The notes below the pieces were generated by a model. It made no database searches, was not told the DNA's origin, and saw only the letters and a list, made by a program, of their open reading frames with translations. The position numbers were made by a program, and so were the translations under genes. Shown one piece after another: positions 43,938 through 54,645 of a stretch of 64,000 nt of DNA. This DNA comes from an uncultured Acidobacteriota bacterium. GTDB taxonomy: Bacteria > Acidobacteriota > Thermoanaerobaculia > UBA5066 > DATFVB01. Where the stretch lies: positions 192,001-256,000 of the forward strand of contig CAWEYG010000003.1 in the NCBI GenBank assembly GCA_963813155.1, written 5' to 3'. Each line of letters begins with the position of its first letter. Positions within the stretch are counted from its first letter, which is position 1.

Positions 43938-44636
43938 CTATTTTCCGATTCCAATGGGGAAGTGGCTCGCGGCGCCCATGAAGAACAGCATCGGCAGCGA
44001 GAGCCAGGTGTTCGTCCTCGACGCGAGGAACGCCCGGCGCGCCCAGGCCGCCTGCTCGGGAGGCGCCGCGGCCCCGGTTTCGGCCGTCGCCTTCGTCGCG
44101 GCGATGATCTTTTTCTGCAGCGGCCAGATCACCATCCAGACGTTCATGAACATGATGATCCCCATGCCGCCGCCGAGCCCGATCGAGAGGACCTTCCACG
44201 AGGTGTTGACCGACACGTGGACCTTCCAGACGACGATCCCCATCACGAGGATCAGCACGAGGTAGGCAACCCACAGTACCCGGCCGTCCTTCTTGAACGC
44301 CGTGAAGAGCCACGTTCCCACGGTGAACGTCGCGACGACGACGGCGAGCCAGATCCAGAAGAACGCCGGCAGCCCGTGCGATTCGCTCGTGACCGTGCTC
44401 AGATGGAGCAGGATGCCCGCCACGACGGTCCACAGCGCCCCCCAGCGAAACCAGTACAGCGCTTTCGGCATCAGGTTCGGGACGACCTTTCCCTTCGTCG
44501 CCCCGTCGAGCTCTTTCATGAAATTCACGTTCACGAGGTTGAAGAAGTACAGCATTCCGATCCACGTGATTCCCGCCAGAAAATGGATCCACCGGAGCAG
44601 GAAGAGGTAGTTCGTCGTCAGGTCCTGTGGCCACAT
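43938..44636 (-). CDS. PuuD/Urate_ox_N-like membrane protein without cytochrome c domain
   Basis: LRWIHFLAGITWIG, WFRWGA, IMFMNVWMVIWP.QKK, SRTNT.LS.PMLFFM...H; no CxxCH; AAGGAGG RBS. Confidence 0.75.
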   Translation of the reverse strand: MWPQDLTTNYLFLLRWIHFLAGITWIGMLYFFNLVNVNFMKELDGATKGKVVPNLMPKALYWFRWGALWTVVAGILLHLSTVTSESHGLPAFFWIWLAVVVATFTVGTWLFTAFKKDGRVLWVAYLVLILVMGIVVWKVHVSVNTSWKVLSIGLGGGMGIIMFMNVWMVIWPLQKKIIAATKATAETGAAAPPEQAAWARRAFLASRTNTWLSLPMLFFMGAASHFPIGIGK

Positions 44637-44666
44637 GGCGTCGCCTCCTTATCGCTGGGAGCCCGA

Positions 44667-46056
44667 TTATCCGAGCGGTCCCAGGAGAATATCCGGGCTC
44701 ATGGCTTCTTTCAATTCCTCCTCGGTGACGATTTTCTCTTCGAGGAGGATCTTCCGGACGCGTTCGTTCCGCGCGACGGCCTTCTTGAAGACCTCCGCCG
44801 CCCGGTCGTAGCCGATCTTCGGAGTGAGCGCCGTCACGACCGACGGCGACTCTTCGAGGTAGTGGAGGCACTTTTCGGGGTTCGCGCGGATTCCGTCGAC
44901 GCATCGCGTGCGGAAAACCGGCAGGAAGTTCAGCAGGAGCTGGGAGCCGTGGGTCAGGTTCCAGGCGAGCAGCGGCATCATCACGTTCAGGTCGAGCTGG
45001 CCGCCCGCGACCGCGAGCGAGTTCGCCGTGTCGAACCCGATGATCTGGAAGCACAGCATGTTCAGGCATTCCGCGAGGGAGGGGTTGACCTTTCCCGGCA
45101 TGATCGAGGAACCGGGCTGCACGGCCGGGAGGCGGATCTCGTCGAGGCCGGTCGAAGGGCCGGAGGCGAGGAGCCGAAGGTCGTTGGAGATCCGCGTCAT
45201 CTCGGCTGCGAAATCGCGCAGGGCCCCGGATACCTGGCCCGCCGCGGCGCGGGACTGGAGCGCCTTCCCGGGGATCTTCGACCGGGCGATAGGGCTCGCC
45301 CGTCGTCCGGGCGAGATGCGCGATCGCCTTCTCGCGGAACCCTGCGGGCGTGTTCAATCCGGTTCCCGCCGCGGAACCCCCGAGCGCCAGCGGGAGAAGG
45401 CCGTCGAGCGCGGCCGCCAGCGACTGGCGCCGGTGCTCGATCGCCGAGCCGTACGCCCGGAATTCCTGGCCGAGAGTGACGGGAACCGCGTCCATCAGAT
45501 GCGTTCGCCCGGACTTGACGACGTCTTTGAACTCCTCGCCCTTCCGGGCGAAGGACCGGGAGAGCTCGCCGATCTCCGCGGCGAGACGGCGGCCGATTGC
45601 GAGGACGGCCATGTGGAGGGCCGTCGGGAAAGTGTCGTTGGTCGACTGTCCGAGGTTGACGTCGTCGTTCGGATTGACCGCCTTGCGGTCGCCGCGCGCC
45701 TTGCCGAGGATCTCGGCGGCCCGGCCCGCCAGGACTTCGTTGACGTTCATGTGGAAGGACGTTCCCGCTCCGGCCTGGTAAACATCGACGACGAATTGAT
45801 CCGCCAGCTTGCCCTCTTCCACCTCGCGGCAGGCGGCGACGATCGCGTCGGCCTTTTCCGCCGAGAGGCGCCCGAACTCCCGGTTCGTCAGGGCGCACGC
45901 CTGCTTGAGCCGGGCGTACGCCTTCACCATCTCGGGATGGGCATGCTGGCCGGAGATCGGGTAGTTTTCGACCGCTCGAGAAGTTTGCGCGCCCCAGTAC
46001 GCCTCTTCCGGAATCTGGCGCTCTCCCAGGCTGTCTTTCTCGATTCTCGTCGGCAT
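44667..46056 (-). CDS. aspA: aspartate ammonia-lyase / class II fumarase family (frameshift near 45263)
   Basis: RIEKDSLG, AYWGAQT, QAGAGTSFHMNVNE, GQSTND, KSGRTHLMDA, GSSIMPGKVNP, QLDLNVMMP. Confidence 0.85.
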
Positions 46057-46109
46057 GGGCTTTCGGACTCCTCGGGCGCGAGCATATCGCACGCGCCGGA
46101 CAGGGCGTC

Positions 46110-46125
46110 CGGCACCCTTCTTGCA
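46110..46125 (+). promoter_or_regulatory. candidate sigma54 (-24/-12) promoter upstream of the SOD gene
   Basis: CGGCAC-CCTTC-TTGCA: GG(46111-12)-N10-GC(46123-24), one mismatch to TGGCAC-N5-TTGCW. Confidence 0.6.
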
Positions 46126-46186
46126 ACCTCTTTGGCGTGATGAGTTTGTGTCCGCAACGAGAAAGAATCTGGAAAGGAGACCTGAA

Positions 46187-46819
46187 ATGGCGGAAATGAA
46201 GGCAAAGAATTTCGAGAAGCTGATCGGAAGTCTCGAGGGGCTGTCCGAAAAACAGATCACCCAGCACCTCGAGCTCTACAAGGGCTACGTCAAGAAGTTG
46301 AACGAGATTCGGGAACGGATCGCGAAGATTCCCTACGCCGGCCGGCAGGAAGCGACGAACTTCTCCTACGGCGAATACAGCGAGCTGAAGCGGCGAGAGC
46401 CTGTCGCCTACAACGGCGCCTACCTGCACGAGCTGTATTTCGAGAACCTCGGAGCATCCGCCCGGGAGGCGGAGGGCTCGCGCGACCTCCGGCGGGCGAT
46501 CGAGGAAGCGTTCGGATCCGAGTCCAACTGGCAGCTCGACCTGTTTGCCTGCGGGAATACGGCGACGAACGGGTGGGTGCTTTTGACCTACGACCGAAAC
46601 GACCGTATGCTTCACCACAACCAGGTGTGGGAGCACTCGGACCAGGTCATGATCGGTCAGCTCCCGGTCCTGGCGCTCGATACATGGGAACACGCGTTCA
46701 TGATCGACTACGGAACCGACAAGCTTTCTTACATGAAGACTTTTCTCAAAAACCTGAACTGGAAGGCCGTGAACGAGCGATTCGAGACCGCCAGGGCCGA
46801 AGTGGCCGCGACCGCGTGA
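46187..46819 (+). CDS. Fe/Mn superoxide dismutase family protein
   Basis: QHLELYKGYV, NGAYLHELYFENL, LDTWEHAFMIDYG (H,H,D,H ligands); AAAGGAG RBS. Confidence 0.9.
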   Translation: MAEMKAKNFEKLIGSLEGLSEKQITQHLELYKGYVKKLNEIRERIAKIPYAGRQEATNFSYGEYSELKRREPVAYNGAYLHELYFENLGASAREAEGSRDLRRAIEEAFGSESNWQLDLFACGNTATNGWVLLTYDRNDRMLHHNQVWEHSDQVMIGQLPVLALDTWEHAFMIDYGTDKLSYMKTFLKNLNWKAVNERFETARAEVAATA

Positions 46820-47482
46820 ATCCGGCCGGCCGTCGGGACAGCGGCGGCCTTCGGCTCGCCGCTGTCGTCTGCGTGTTCGCGGCGGCCGGCGGCTGGGGGT
46901 GCCGCCGCGGTCCCTCGCGCCTCACCGTCGAACCGACGCCCGACGAAGATTCCCGCGCGGCCGGAGCGGTTTCTCCCGGAGGCGCCCCCGGTAAAGCCGA
47001 TCCTCGATCCCTTTTCTCTGACCCGGGCGGAGTCGCGGAGCATCGACCTGTTTCTGTCGAAGAACCCGTCGCTCCGCCTCGCCCGGGACAGCGACGCCAA
47101 AGGCTCCGACGACGCCGACGACATCGCGAAGCTCTACGGTGTCTACCATCCGTACTTCGTTCGCGGGGACATGAACGACGACGGATCGCTCGATTTCGCG
47201 GTGGCCTTCGTCGACCGGCAGAAGTCGGGGGCCGATCTCTGGTTCACGGTCGCCGTCTTCTGCTCGGACCGGGCCGGCGGTTTTCGCGCCCCGGAAGTCC
47301 TCGAGCGGGACATCTCGCTCGAACGCGGCGATCTCTCGATCGACCGGGATTGCGTGATCGTGACGCCCGATCTGGGGGAGGATTCGAACCGTCGGTATCG
47401 CTGGAACAGCCTGCGCCGGCAGTTCGAATTCGTGTCCGACGACGACGAAACCGCCGAGCCGCGCCCGATCAATCGCATCTAG
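46816..47482 (+). CDS. hypothetical lipoprotein with DxDxDG-type motif (frameshift near 46976)
   Basis: LAAVVCVFAAAGGWGC lipobox-like segment; after removing one C the frame continues to GDMNDDGSLDFAV; GTGA overlap with SOD. Confidence 0.6.
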
Positions 47483-47522
47483 TGTCCCGAGTCGGACACA
47501 GCTGCAGCGTCGTAGCATCTCC

Positions 47523-49919
47523 TTGAAGAAAGTTTCGGTCGCCTTTCCGCTCCCGGTACGGCGCTGTTTCGCCTATTCGGTTCCGCCGGCCATGGAAGAG
47601 GCGGCCGTGCCCGGAGCCCGGGTGCGCGCGGCGGTCGGAGAGCGCCTGCTCTCCGGGGTGATCGTCGAGACCGACCCGGAGGTTCCCCCGGGAATCGCGT
47701 TGCGGCCGCTCTCGGAGATCCTCGACGCGGAGCCCGCCCTTTCCGCCGAGCTCGTCCTCTCGACTCGCAAGCTTGCGGACCGATTCTTCTGCCCGTGGGG
47801 CGAGATCCTCCGGGCGGCCCTTCCGAGCCGTCTCGCGCCGGGCGAGCGGGTGAGCTTTCAGATTACGTCCTCCGGAGCGGCGGCGATCGCGTTCGCCGAG
47901 GCGCCGCAGCGGGACGTTCTCGCGGCTCTCCTGGAGAAGGGGAAGGCCGTCGCCGCGGCGTTGCCCGGGCCCCCGTCCGGAATCCGGCCGATGCTGCGCG
48001 ATCTCGAGTCGCGGGGCTGGATTCGCGCGGGCGGTTCGCTCGAGAAACGCGAGCGCCGCACGCAGGTCGTCTACGCGGCCGACTCGCGGGACCTCGCTCT
48101 GGCCGAGACGGCGGCGGGCCGTTCGAAGAAGACGATCGCGGCGTTCCTGTTTCTCGCCGGACTCGGCCGGCCCGCGACAGCGGAAGAGCTTCGGCGGGCC
48201 GGGTACGGGACGGCGATCTGGAAGCGCCTGGCGGCGGCGGGCGCGGTCTCGGTGGCGGAGCAGGAACGGCACGCGGCTCCCGAACCTCTTCGGATCGCGG
48301 CGCCGGTCACGTTGACGGCGCCGCAGCAGGGCGCCCTCGGCCGGATCGGAGAGGCGATTCGCGGCCGCGAGTATTTCCCGGCGCTGCTCTTCGGCGTCAC
48401 GGGAAGCGGGAAGACCGAGATCTACCTGAGGGCGATCGCGCAGGCGCTCGAGTCGGGGCGGGGCGCCGTCTGGCTCGTGCCGGAAATCGCCCTCACCCCC
48501 GTGTTCGCCCGCACCCTCGAAGAACGATTCGGCGGAGACGCTGTCGTCCTGCACTCCGCGCTCGGAGAGGGACGGAGGTCCGAGGCCTGGAAGCGCATGC
48601 GCGGAGGTTCGGCGCGAATCGTCATCGGCCCCCGATCGGCCGTGTTCGCCCCGATTCCGGCGATCGGCCTGTTCGTGATCGACGAAGAGCACGACGCTTC
48701 CTACAAGCAGGACGAATCGCCGCGGTACGACGCCCGGGACGCCGCCGCAATCCGGGCGCAGGCCCACGGCGCCGTCCTGCTGCTCGGCTCGGCCACGCCG
48801 TCGGTCGAGACCCTTCATGCCGCGCGGGAAGGCCGGCTTGCCCTCCTGGAGCTGCCCGAGCGGATCGAAAAGCGGCCCCTTCCGGCCGTCGAAATCGTGG
48901 ACCTGCGAAAAGAACCGTGGCTGCCGGAAGAGAAGGGGAGCCCGCTGTTCTCCCGGCCGCTCGTCAATCGGCTGCGCGAGGTGTTTGCGCGCGGCGAGCA
49001 GGCGATCCTGCTCGCGCCGCGGAGGGGCTACGCCCCGGTGCTCCTCTGTCGCGCGTGCGGGAACGATTTCCGCTGCGACGCGTGCAGCGTTCCCCGGGTC
49101 GTGCATCGGCGCGCCCGATCGCTCGTGTGTCACTATTGCGGAGCCCGCCGGGGGATCCCGGAACGCTGCGGAACCTGCGGCGGAGTCCTCCTCGAGGCGA
49201 TCGGCGCGGGCACCGAACGCGCGGCGGAGAGATTCTCGGAGCTTTTTCCGGATACGCGATTCGCCGTTCTCGATTCCGACGTCGCGAGACGCCGGGGCGC
49301 CGCCGCCGACATCCTCGCCTCGATGGCCGACGGCAGGATTCAGGCCCTCGTCGGGACGCAGATGGTCGCGAAGGGGCACCATTTTCCGGGAGTCACCGCG
49401 ATCGGCGTTCTCTCGGCGGACACGATCCTGAATTTTCCGGACTTCCGGGCCGCCGAGAAGACGTTTCAGCTGATCGCCCAGGTTTCCGGCCGCGCCGGCC
49501 GCGGGGAACGCGGAGGCACCGTGCACGTCCAGACCTTTCAGCCCGACAACCCGGCCTTGCGGGCCGCGATCACGCACGATTCGGCGGGATTCGTGCAGAG
49601 GGAGCTGGAATTTCGGAAGGCCTTCTTCTACCCGCCGTTTTCAGAGCTCGCCGAGGTCCTCTTTGCCTCCGACGACGCGGCGCGCGCCGAAGAGGCCTCC
49701 CGCTCCGCCGCGGCCGCGGCCGCGGCGAATCGCGACGTCGTCGTCTCCGGGCCCGCGGCGGCTCCCATCGAGCGCCTCGCCGGAAAATGGAGATTTCAGC
49801 TGCTGCTGAGGTCCCGAAGCCGCCGCGCCGTACTCGCGGCGCTGGAAACCTGCGTGCCCGAACCGTCCCCTTCCGGCGTCGCCGTTTCGGTCGACGTCGA
49901 CCCGCGCAACCTGATGTGA
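47523..49919 (+). CDS. priA: primosomal protein N'
   Basis: [31 protein letters not shown], four CxxC pairs, GTQMVAKG, QVSGRAGR. Confidence 0.96.
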   Translation: MKKVSVAFPLPVRRCFAYSVPPAMEEAAVPGARVRAAVGERLLSGVIVETDPEVPPGIALRPLSEILDAEPALSAELVLSTRKLADRFFCPWGEILRAALPSRLAPGERVSFQITSSGAAAIAFAEAPQRDVLAALLEKGKAVAAALPGPPSGIRPMLRDLESRGWIRAGGSLEKRERRTQVVYAADSRDLALAETAAGRSKKTIAAFLFLAGLGRPATAEELRRAGYGTAIWKRLAAAGAVSVAEQERHAAPEPLRIAAPVTLTAPQQGALGRIGEAIRGREYFPALLFGVTGSGKTEIYLRAIAQALESGRGAVWLVPEIALTPVFARTLEERFGGDAVVLHSALGEGRRSEAWKRMRGGSARIVIGPRSAVFAPIPAIGLFVIDEEHDASYKQDESPRYDARDAAAIRAQAHGAVLLLGSATPSVETLHAAREGRLALLELPERIEKRPLPAVEIVDLRKEPWLPEEKGSPLFSRPLVNRLREVFARGEQAILLAPRRGYAPVLLCRACGNDFRCDACSVPRVVHRRARSLVCHYCGARRGIPERCGTCGGVLLEAIGAGTERAAERFSELFPDTRFAVLDSDVARRRGAAADILASMADGRIQALVGTQMVAKGHHFPGVTAIGVLSADTILNFPDFRAAEKTFQLIAQVSGRAGRGERGGTVHVQTFQPDNPALRAAITHDSAGFVQRELEFRKAFFYPPFSELAEVLFASDDAARAEEASRSAAAAAAANRDVVVSGPAAAPIERLAGKWRFQLLLRSRSRRAVLAALETCVPEPSPSGVAVSVDVDPRNLM

Positions 49920-49927
49920 CCGGCGAT

Positions 49928-49956
49928 GTGACAACCGCCCCCTTCCGAATTACCAT
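49928..49956 (+). promoter_or_regulatory. sigma70-type promoter giving a probable leaderless accA transcript
   Basis: GTGACA(49928-33)-17 nt-TACCAT(49951-56), 8 nt before ATG 49965. Confidence 0.55.
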
Positions 49957-49964
49957 GGACGGGC

Positions 49965-50921
49965 ATGCAGAGCGAAGAATCGCAGTTCGAGGAGCCGATC
50001 CTCCGGATTCGCCGCCGCCTGGAGGAGCTGCAGGCGCTTCCCGACGACGGATCGCACCGGAAGGAGATCGTCAAGCTGCAGGAACGGCTCGAGAGGACGA
50101 CCGCGGAGGTCTACGCGAACCTCACTCCCTGGCAGAAGACGCTCGTCGCGCGCCATCCCCGGCGGCCGTATTCGCTCGATTACATCCAGGCGCTGACGAC
50201 CGACTTCGTCGAGATCCACGGCGACCGCCGATTTTCCGACGACGAGGCCGTCGTCGCCGGATTCGGTCTCTTCGCCGACCGGCCGATCGCGATCGTCAGC
50301 CACCAGAAGGGCCGCGACACGAAGGAGAAGATCCGCCGGAATTTCGGCCAGCCGCGCCCGGACGGCTTTCGAAAGGCGCTGAGGATCCTGAAGCTCGCCG
50401 AGAAATTCTCCCGCCCCGTCCTGTCGCTCGTCGACACGCCGGGCGCGTATCCGGGAATCGAGGCGGAGGAGAGGGGACAGGCGGAAGCGATCGCGACGAA
50501 CATCTTCGAAATGTCCCGCCTCCGGGTTCCGGTCGTCGTCGTCGTGACGGGCGAAGGAGGCTCGGGAGGCGCTCTCGCGCTCGGGGTGGGCGATCGCGTC
50601 CTGATGATGGAGCACTCCGTGTATTCGGTGATCTCCCCCGAAGGTTGCGCCGCGATTCTCTGGAAGGACTCCGCGCGCAAGCGCGAAGCCGCCGAGGCGA
50701 TGAAGATCACCGCGGGAGACCTCAAGGCTCTCGGCCTCATCGACGAAGTCATTCCGGAACCCGTCGGAGGAGCGCACTCCGACCCCTCGGCCGCCGCGCA
50801 GGCCCTCGCCGAGGCGGTTGCCCGCGCGTTCGACGAGCTCGTGCCGCTCGAGATCGACGAGCTGCTCGAACGGCGCTACAGAAAGTTCCGCTCGATGGGC
50901 TGGTTCGAAGCGGTGGAATGA
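49965..50921 (+). CDS. accA: acetyl-CoA carboxylase carboxyltransferase alpha
   Basis: ARHPRRP, HGDR, HQKGRDTKE, DTPGAYPG, GEGGSGGAL, YSVISPEGCA. Confidence 0.97.
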   Translation: MQSEESQFEEPILRIRRRLEELQALPDDGSHRKEIVKLQERLERTTAEVYANLTPWQKTLVARHPRRPYSLDYIQALTTDFVEIHGDRRFSDDEAVVAGFGLFADRPIAIVSHQKGRDTKEKIRRNFGQPRPDGFRKALRILKLAEKFSRPVLSLVDTPGAYPGIEAEERGQAEAIATNIFEMSRLRVPVVVVVTGEGGSGGALALGVGDRVLMMEHSVYSVISPEGCAAILWKDSARKREAAEAMKITAGDLKALGLIDEVIPEPVGGAHSDPSAAAQALAEAVARAFDELVPLEIDELLERRYRKFRSMGWFEAVE

Positions 50922-52610
50922 CCCGCTGGATCCTCAAAAAAACGGATAAGGAAGCCTGTGCCGCGCTCGCCCGCGAGGCCGGCGTTTCTCCCGTTTCCGC
51001 GGCTCTTCTCCTGGACCGGGGCGTTCGCGACGGCGCGGCTGCGCGAGATTTCTTCGCGCCGTCTCTCGCGCAGGGACACGACCCATTTCGGATGAAGGGA
51101 ATGGAGCGCGCGGTCGACGTTCTCGTGGCGGCGGCGAAGAGCCGCGAGAAGGTCGTCGTTTTCGGCGACTACGACGTCGACGGAGTGACCGCGGTCGCGC
51201 AGCTCCGGGCGGTTCTGCGGGCCCTCGGCGCCGACTCCGTCCCGTTTCTTCCGCACCGCGTCCGCGACGGCTACGGCCTCAAGCCCGAAACGTTCCGAAA
51301 GGTCCTCGCGCAGCACCAGCCGAAAGCGATCGTCACCGTCGATTGCGGCATCACCGCCGTCGAGGCGGTCGCCGAGGCGGCGAAGGCGGGCGTCGCCGTC
51401 GTCATCACCGACCATCACCTGCCGCCCGATGTCCTTCCCGAGGGGGCCTCCGTGGTCAACCCGAAGCAGCCGGGTTGCGGTTACCCCTTCAAGGACCTCT
51501 GCGGAGCCGGCGTCGCCTTCAAGATCGCCCAGGCGATCATTCGCCGGGAAAACCTTTCGCTCGACGAAAAATCGCTTGCGAAGGTCGCGGCGCTGGGCAC
51601 GATCAGCGACATCGTGCCCCTTCTCGGGGAGAACCGCGGAATCGTCGCCGAAGGCCTCGCCGGACTCGCCGATCCCCGGGCGCCGGGGCTCCGGGCCCTG
51701 CTCGAGGAGGCCGGACTGTCCGGCAAGTCCCCCCGGGCCGAGGACGTCGCTTTCCGCGTTGCGTCCTCGCCTGAACGCCGCCGGGCGGCTCGACACGGCA
51801 GACCTCGCCCTTGCGGTTTTCGAAGAGAGAGACCCGGCGGCCGCGGCCGGCATCGCGAAAGAGCTCACGAGCCGAAATGTCGAGCGCCAGCAGCACGAGC
51901 GAAGGGTCGTCGCGGAGGCCCGATCCCGAATCCTCGCGCGAAGCGATCCGGCCGACCAGTCGATCCTGATCGAATCGGATCCCTCGTGGCCGCGCGGAGT
52001 CCTCGGAATCGCCGCGGCCCGCCTCGCGCGCGAGTTCCACCGCCCGGCTTTCCTGTTCGCGGTCGACGAGGCGAACGCGGTCGGGTCCGGGCGCAGCGTG
52101 CCGGGCGTCTCGATCCACGCGATCCTGTCCGAGATCCGCGACCGCTTCGCGGAGTTCGGGGGCCACGCTCAGGCGTGCGGAGGCACCGTTCGTGCCGGGG
52201 AATTCGAGGCCTTCGGCGAAGCGGCGCGCGAGATTTTCCGCCTTCGGGTTCCCGAGGAGAACCGTACGGCGGTCCTCTCCCTCGACGGCGAGCTCTCCTT
52301 CGCGCAGCTCGGCGAGGAGTTTCTCGCCGAGCTCGAGAGGTTCGAGCCTTTTGGCGAGGCGAATCCCCGACCGCTGTTTCTGGCGCGCCGCGTCGCGAGC
52401 CGCCCGGGGCTGCGCCGCGTCGGCGAACGCGGCTGCCGGGGCATTCTCGCCTCCGCGGGAAGGGAAGTTCGCGCAATCGCCTGGAATCTCTCGGACCGCT
52501 GGCAGCGCCTCGCCGCGGAGGAGATGGACGTCGCCTTTCACGTAAAGCGAAACGAGAGGTACGGCAACCTCGAGGTGGAGATCGTCGACGTGCGGGAGCC
52601 CGCGGCGTGA
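50918..52610 (+). CDS. recJ: ssDNA exonuclease RecJ (frameshift near 51763)
   Basis: GDYDVDG, TVDCG, TDHH, GTISD, PRLNAAGR, GSGRS, GGH, EPFGEANP. Confidence 0.93.
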
Positions 52611-54645
52611 AGGTGACGCGCGCGCAGACGGGGATTTTCGCGGCTGCGGCGGCGCTGGCGCTCGTTCTGATCTTCTCGTTTCGGCGAGTGCCTCAGGCGA
52701 CACGCCAGCCCGCTCCCGCCGGAGGTGCGGTCGTGGGACCGGAAGGCGCGGGCCACCCCACGACGGTCCTCTCGGGCTTCGACTACGCGCAGACGTCCGC
52801 GGGAAAACCGAAATTTCAGGTCCATGCCGACCGCACAGTCGGATTCGCCCAGGGCGCGGGCCTGCCTTCGACGTGGTACGGCCTGGAATCGGTGACGCTG
52901 ACGCTTTTCGGCGAGGGCGGAGAGCCGTTCAAGGTCCGCTCGGATCGGGCGGATTACGACCCGCGGACGAAGGCCATGCATCTCAAGGGAAATGTCGTGA
53001 TGACGGAGACCTCGGGCACGGAGATTCGAACGGCGAACGTCGACTATGATCCCGCCCGCGACACGCTCCACGTTCCCGGAGCAGTCGAGATGCGGAGGGG
53101 CGGAATTCTCGGGCATGCGGCTTCCGCGGATTACCTCGCGGCGAGCAAGGAGCTTCAGCTCGCGGGACCAGTCACGGCGGAAGGGACGGCCGACCCGGCG
53201 GCTCCCGGGAAGGCGGCTTCTCCTTTCTCGACGCTCCGATCGGACCGTGCGGTCTACCGCCGGGTGCCGGGAGAGATCGAGCTCATCGGGCACGTCGCGG
53301 GGACGAGGGGCGCGGACAGCTTCTCCTCCGAATCGATGCGCCTGCACCTGACGGAGGCGAACCGGATCGACCACGCGGACGCCGAGGGAAGCATCCAGGG
53401 GTCGGTTGCCGGCGAGCCAGGTCAGCCTCCTCAGCGGTTTTCCGGAGATCGCGCGGCCCTCGAGTTCGGGCCGGCCGGCGAGCTCGACCGAACGCGATTG
53501 ACGGGAGCCCCCGCGTCGATCCAGTCCGACGCGGCGTCTCCCGAGGCCGGCGCGCGCCGCGTCGAGGCGCCCCTGCTCATTCTCGATTACGTGGCCGGGC
53601 GCCTTTCCCGGGCCTCCGCGGAGGGAGGGTCGCAACTCGTGCGCGATGGCCGTGGTCCCGCGGGAGAGCCCGTTCACGAAACGATTCGGTCGGAATCCGC
53701 CGAAGCCTCGTTCTCGAACGGAGTCGTTGGCGATGCGAAGTTTTCCGGAAACGTCGTCGCGACGTCGCCCGACGGGATCGCGAACGCGCCCGCCGCGGCC
53801 TTCGCGGCGGGGGAGAACCGGATGACTTTCCTGGCGTCGGGCAACCGCGATGCGGAAGTCTCCGCGCCCCGCGGAAGGGTCGTCGCCCGGCGCATCGACA
53901 TGTTCTCCGGCGCGTCTCGCCTCACGGCATCCGGTTCGGCGCGGGCCTTCCTGAAGCCTTCCTCCGGCGACGGAAGGCTCCCCGGCTTTCTCTCGTCCTC
54001 GAAGAAGCCGACGAGGGCGAAGGCGGAATCGATCGAATTCGACGACGCGGCGAAGACCGCGACATTCCGGGGCGGCGCCGCGATCTGGCAGGACGAAAAC
54101 GCCCTCTTCGGCGATACGATCCGGCTCTTCGATCGGGACCGCACGGCGACGGCGGACCGGAACGTTCGCGCCGTGTCGCTGTCCGCCGAGCCGCAGTCGG
54201 GCGGAAAGCCCCCGCCCCCACGACGATCACCTCCGACACGATGAAATACGAGGAGACGGGACGGTTGGCGCGGTTCGAGAATCACGTCGTGGCGCACCGC
54301 GGGCCCCAGATTGCGCTGGGCGACTCGGCCGAATCGCATTTCAACGCCCAGAACCAGATCGAGCGAACGATTGTGACCGGACACGCGAACTTCTCGGACT
54401 CCGCGACGGGGCGCCGCGGGACGGGAGACCGGGCCGAAGACGAGCCGCTCACCGGGGTCACGACGCTTTTCGGGGAGCCCGCCGTGGCCCACGACGCTCT
54501 CGGCAACCGAATCGCCGGCGCCGTTTTGACTTTCCGAAAAGACTCCGGTAGCGTCGAAGCAACGGCCAAAGACGGGCAAAAAATCGAGTCGACTTATCAG
54601 ACGAAGAGCCCGCCGCACGGCCGGACGCGCGGACAGATGCATTGA
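52607..54645 (+). CDS. large LptC/LptA(OstA)-type LPS transport periplasmic protein (frameshift in a C-run near 54215)
   Basis: N-terminal TM, LptC-like region ([27 protein letters not shown]), then repeated OstA-like beta-jellyroll segments ([28 protein letters not shown]); directly upstream of lptB. Confidence 0.8.

Noticed and set aside
47795-54244. 2149-aa ORF suggesting a giant RecJ-LptC fusion
   Set aside because: It is a chance concatenation: an off-frame shadow over priA and accA, then the recJ 5' part, then off-frame sequence after the recJ indel, then lptC/A, which has its own GTGA-coupled start
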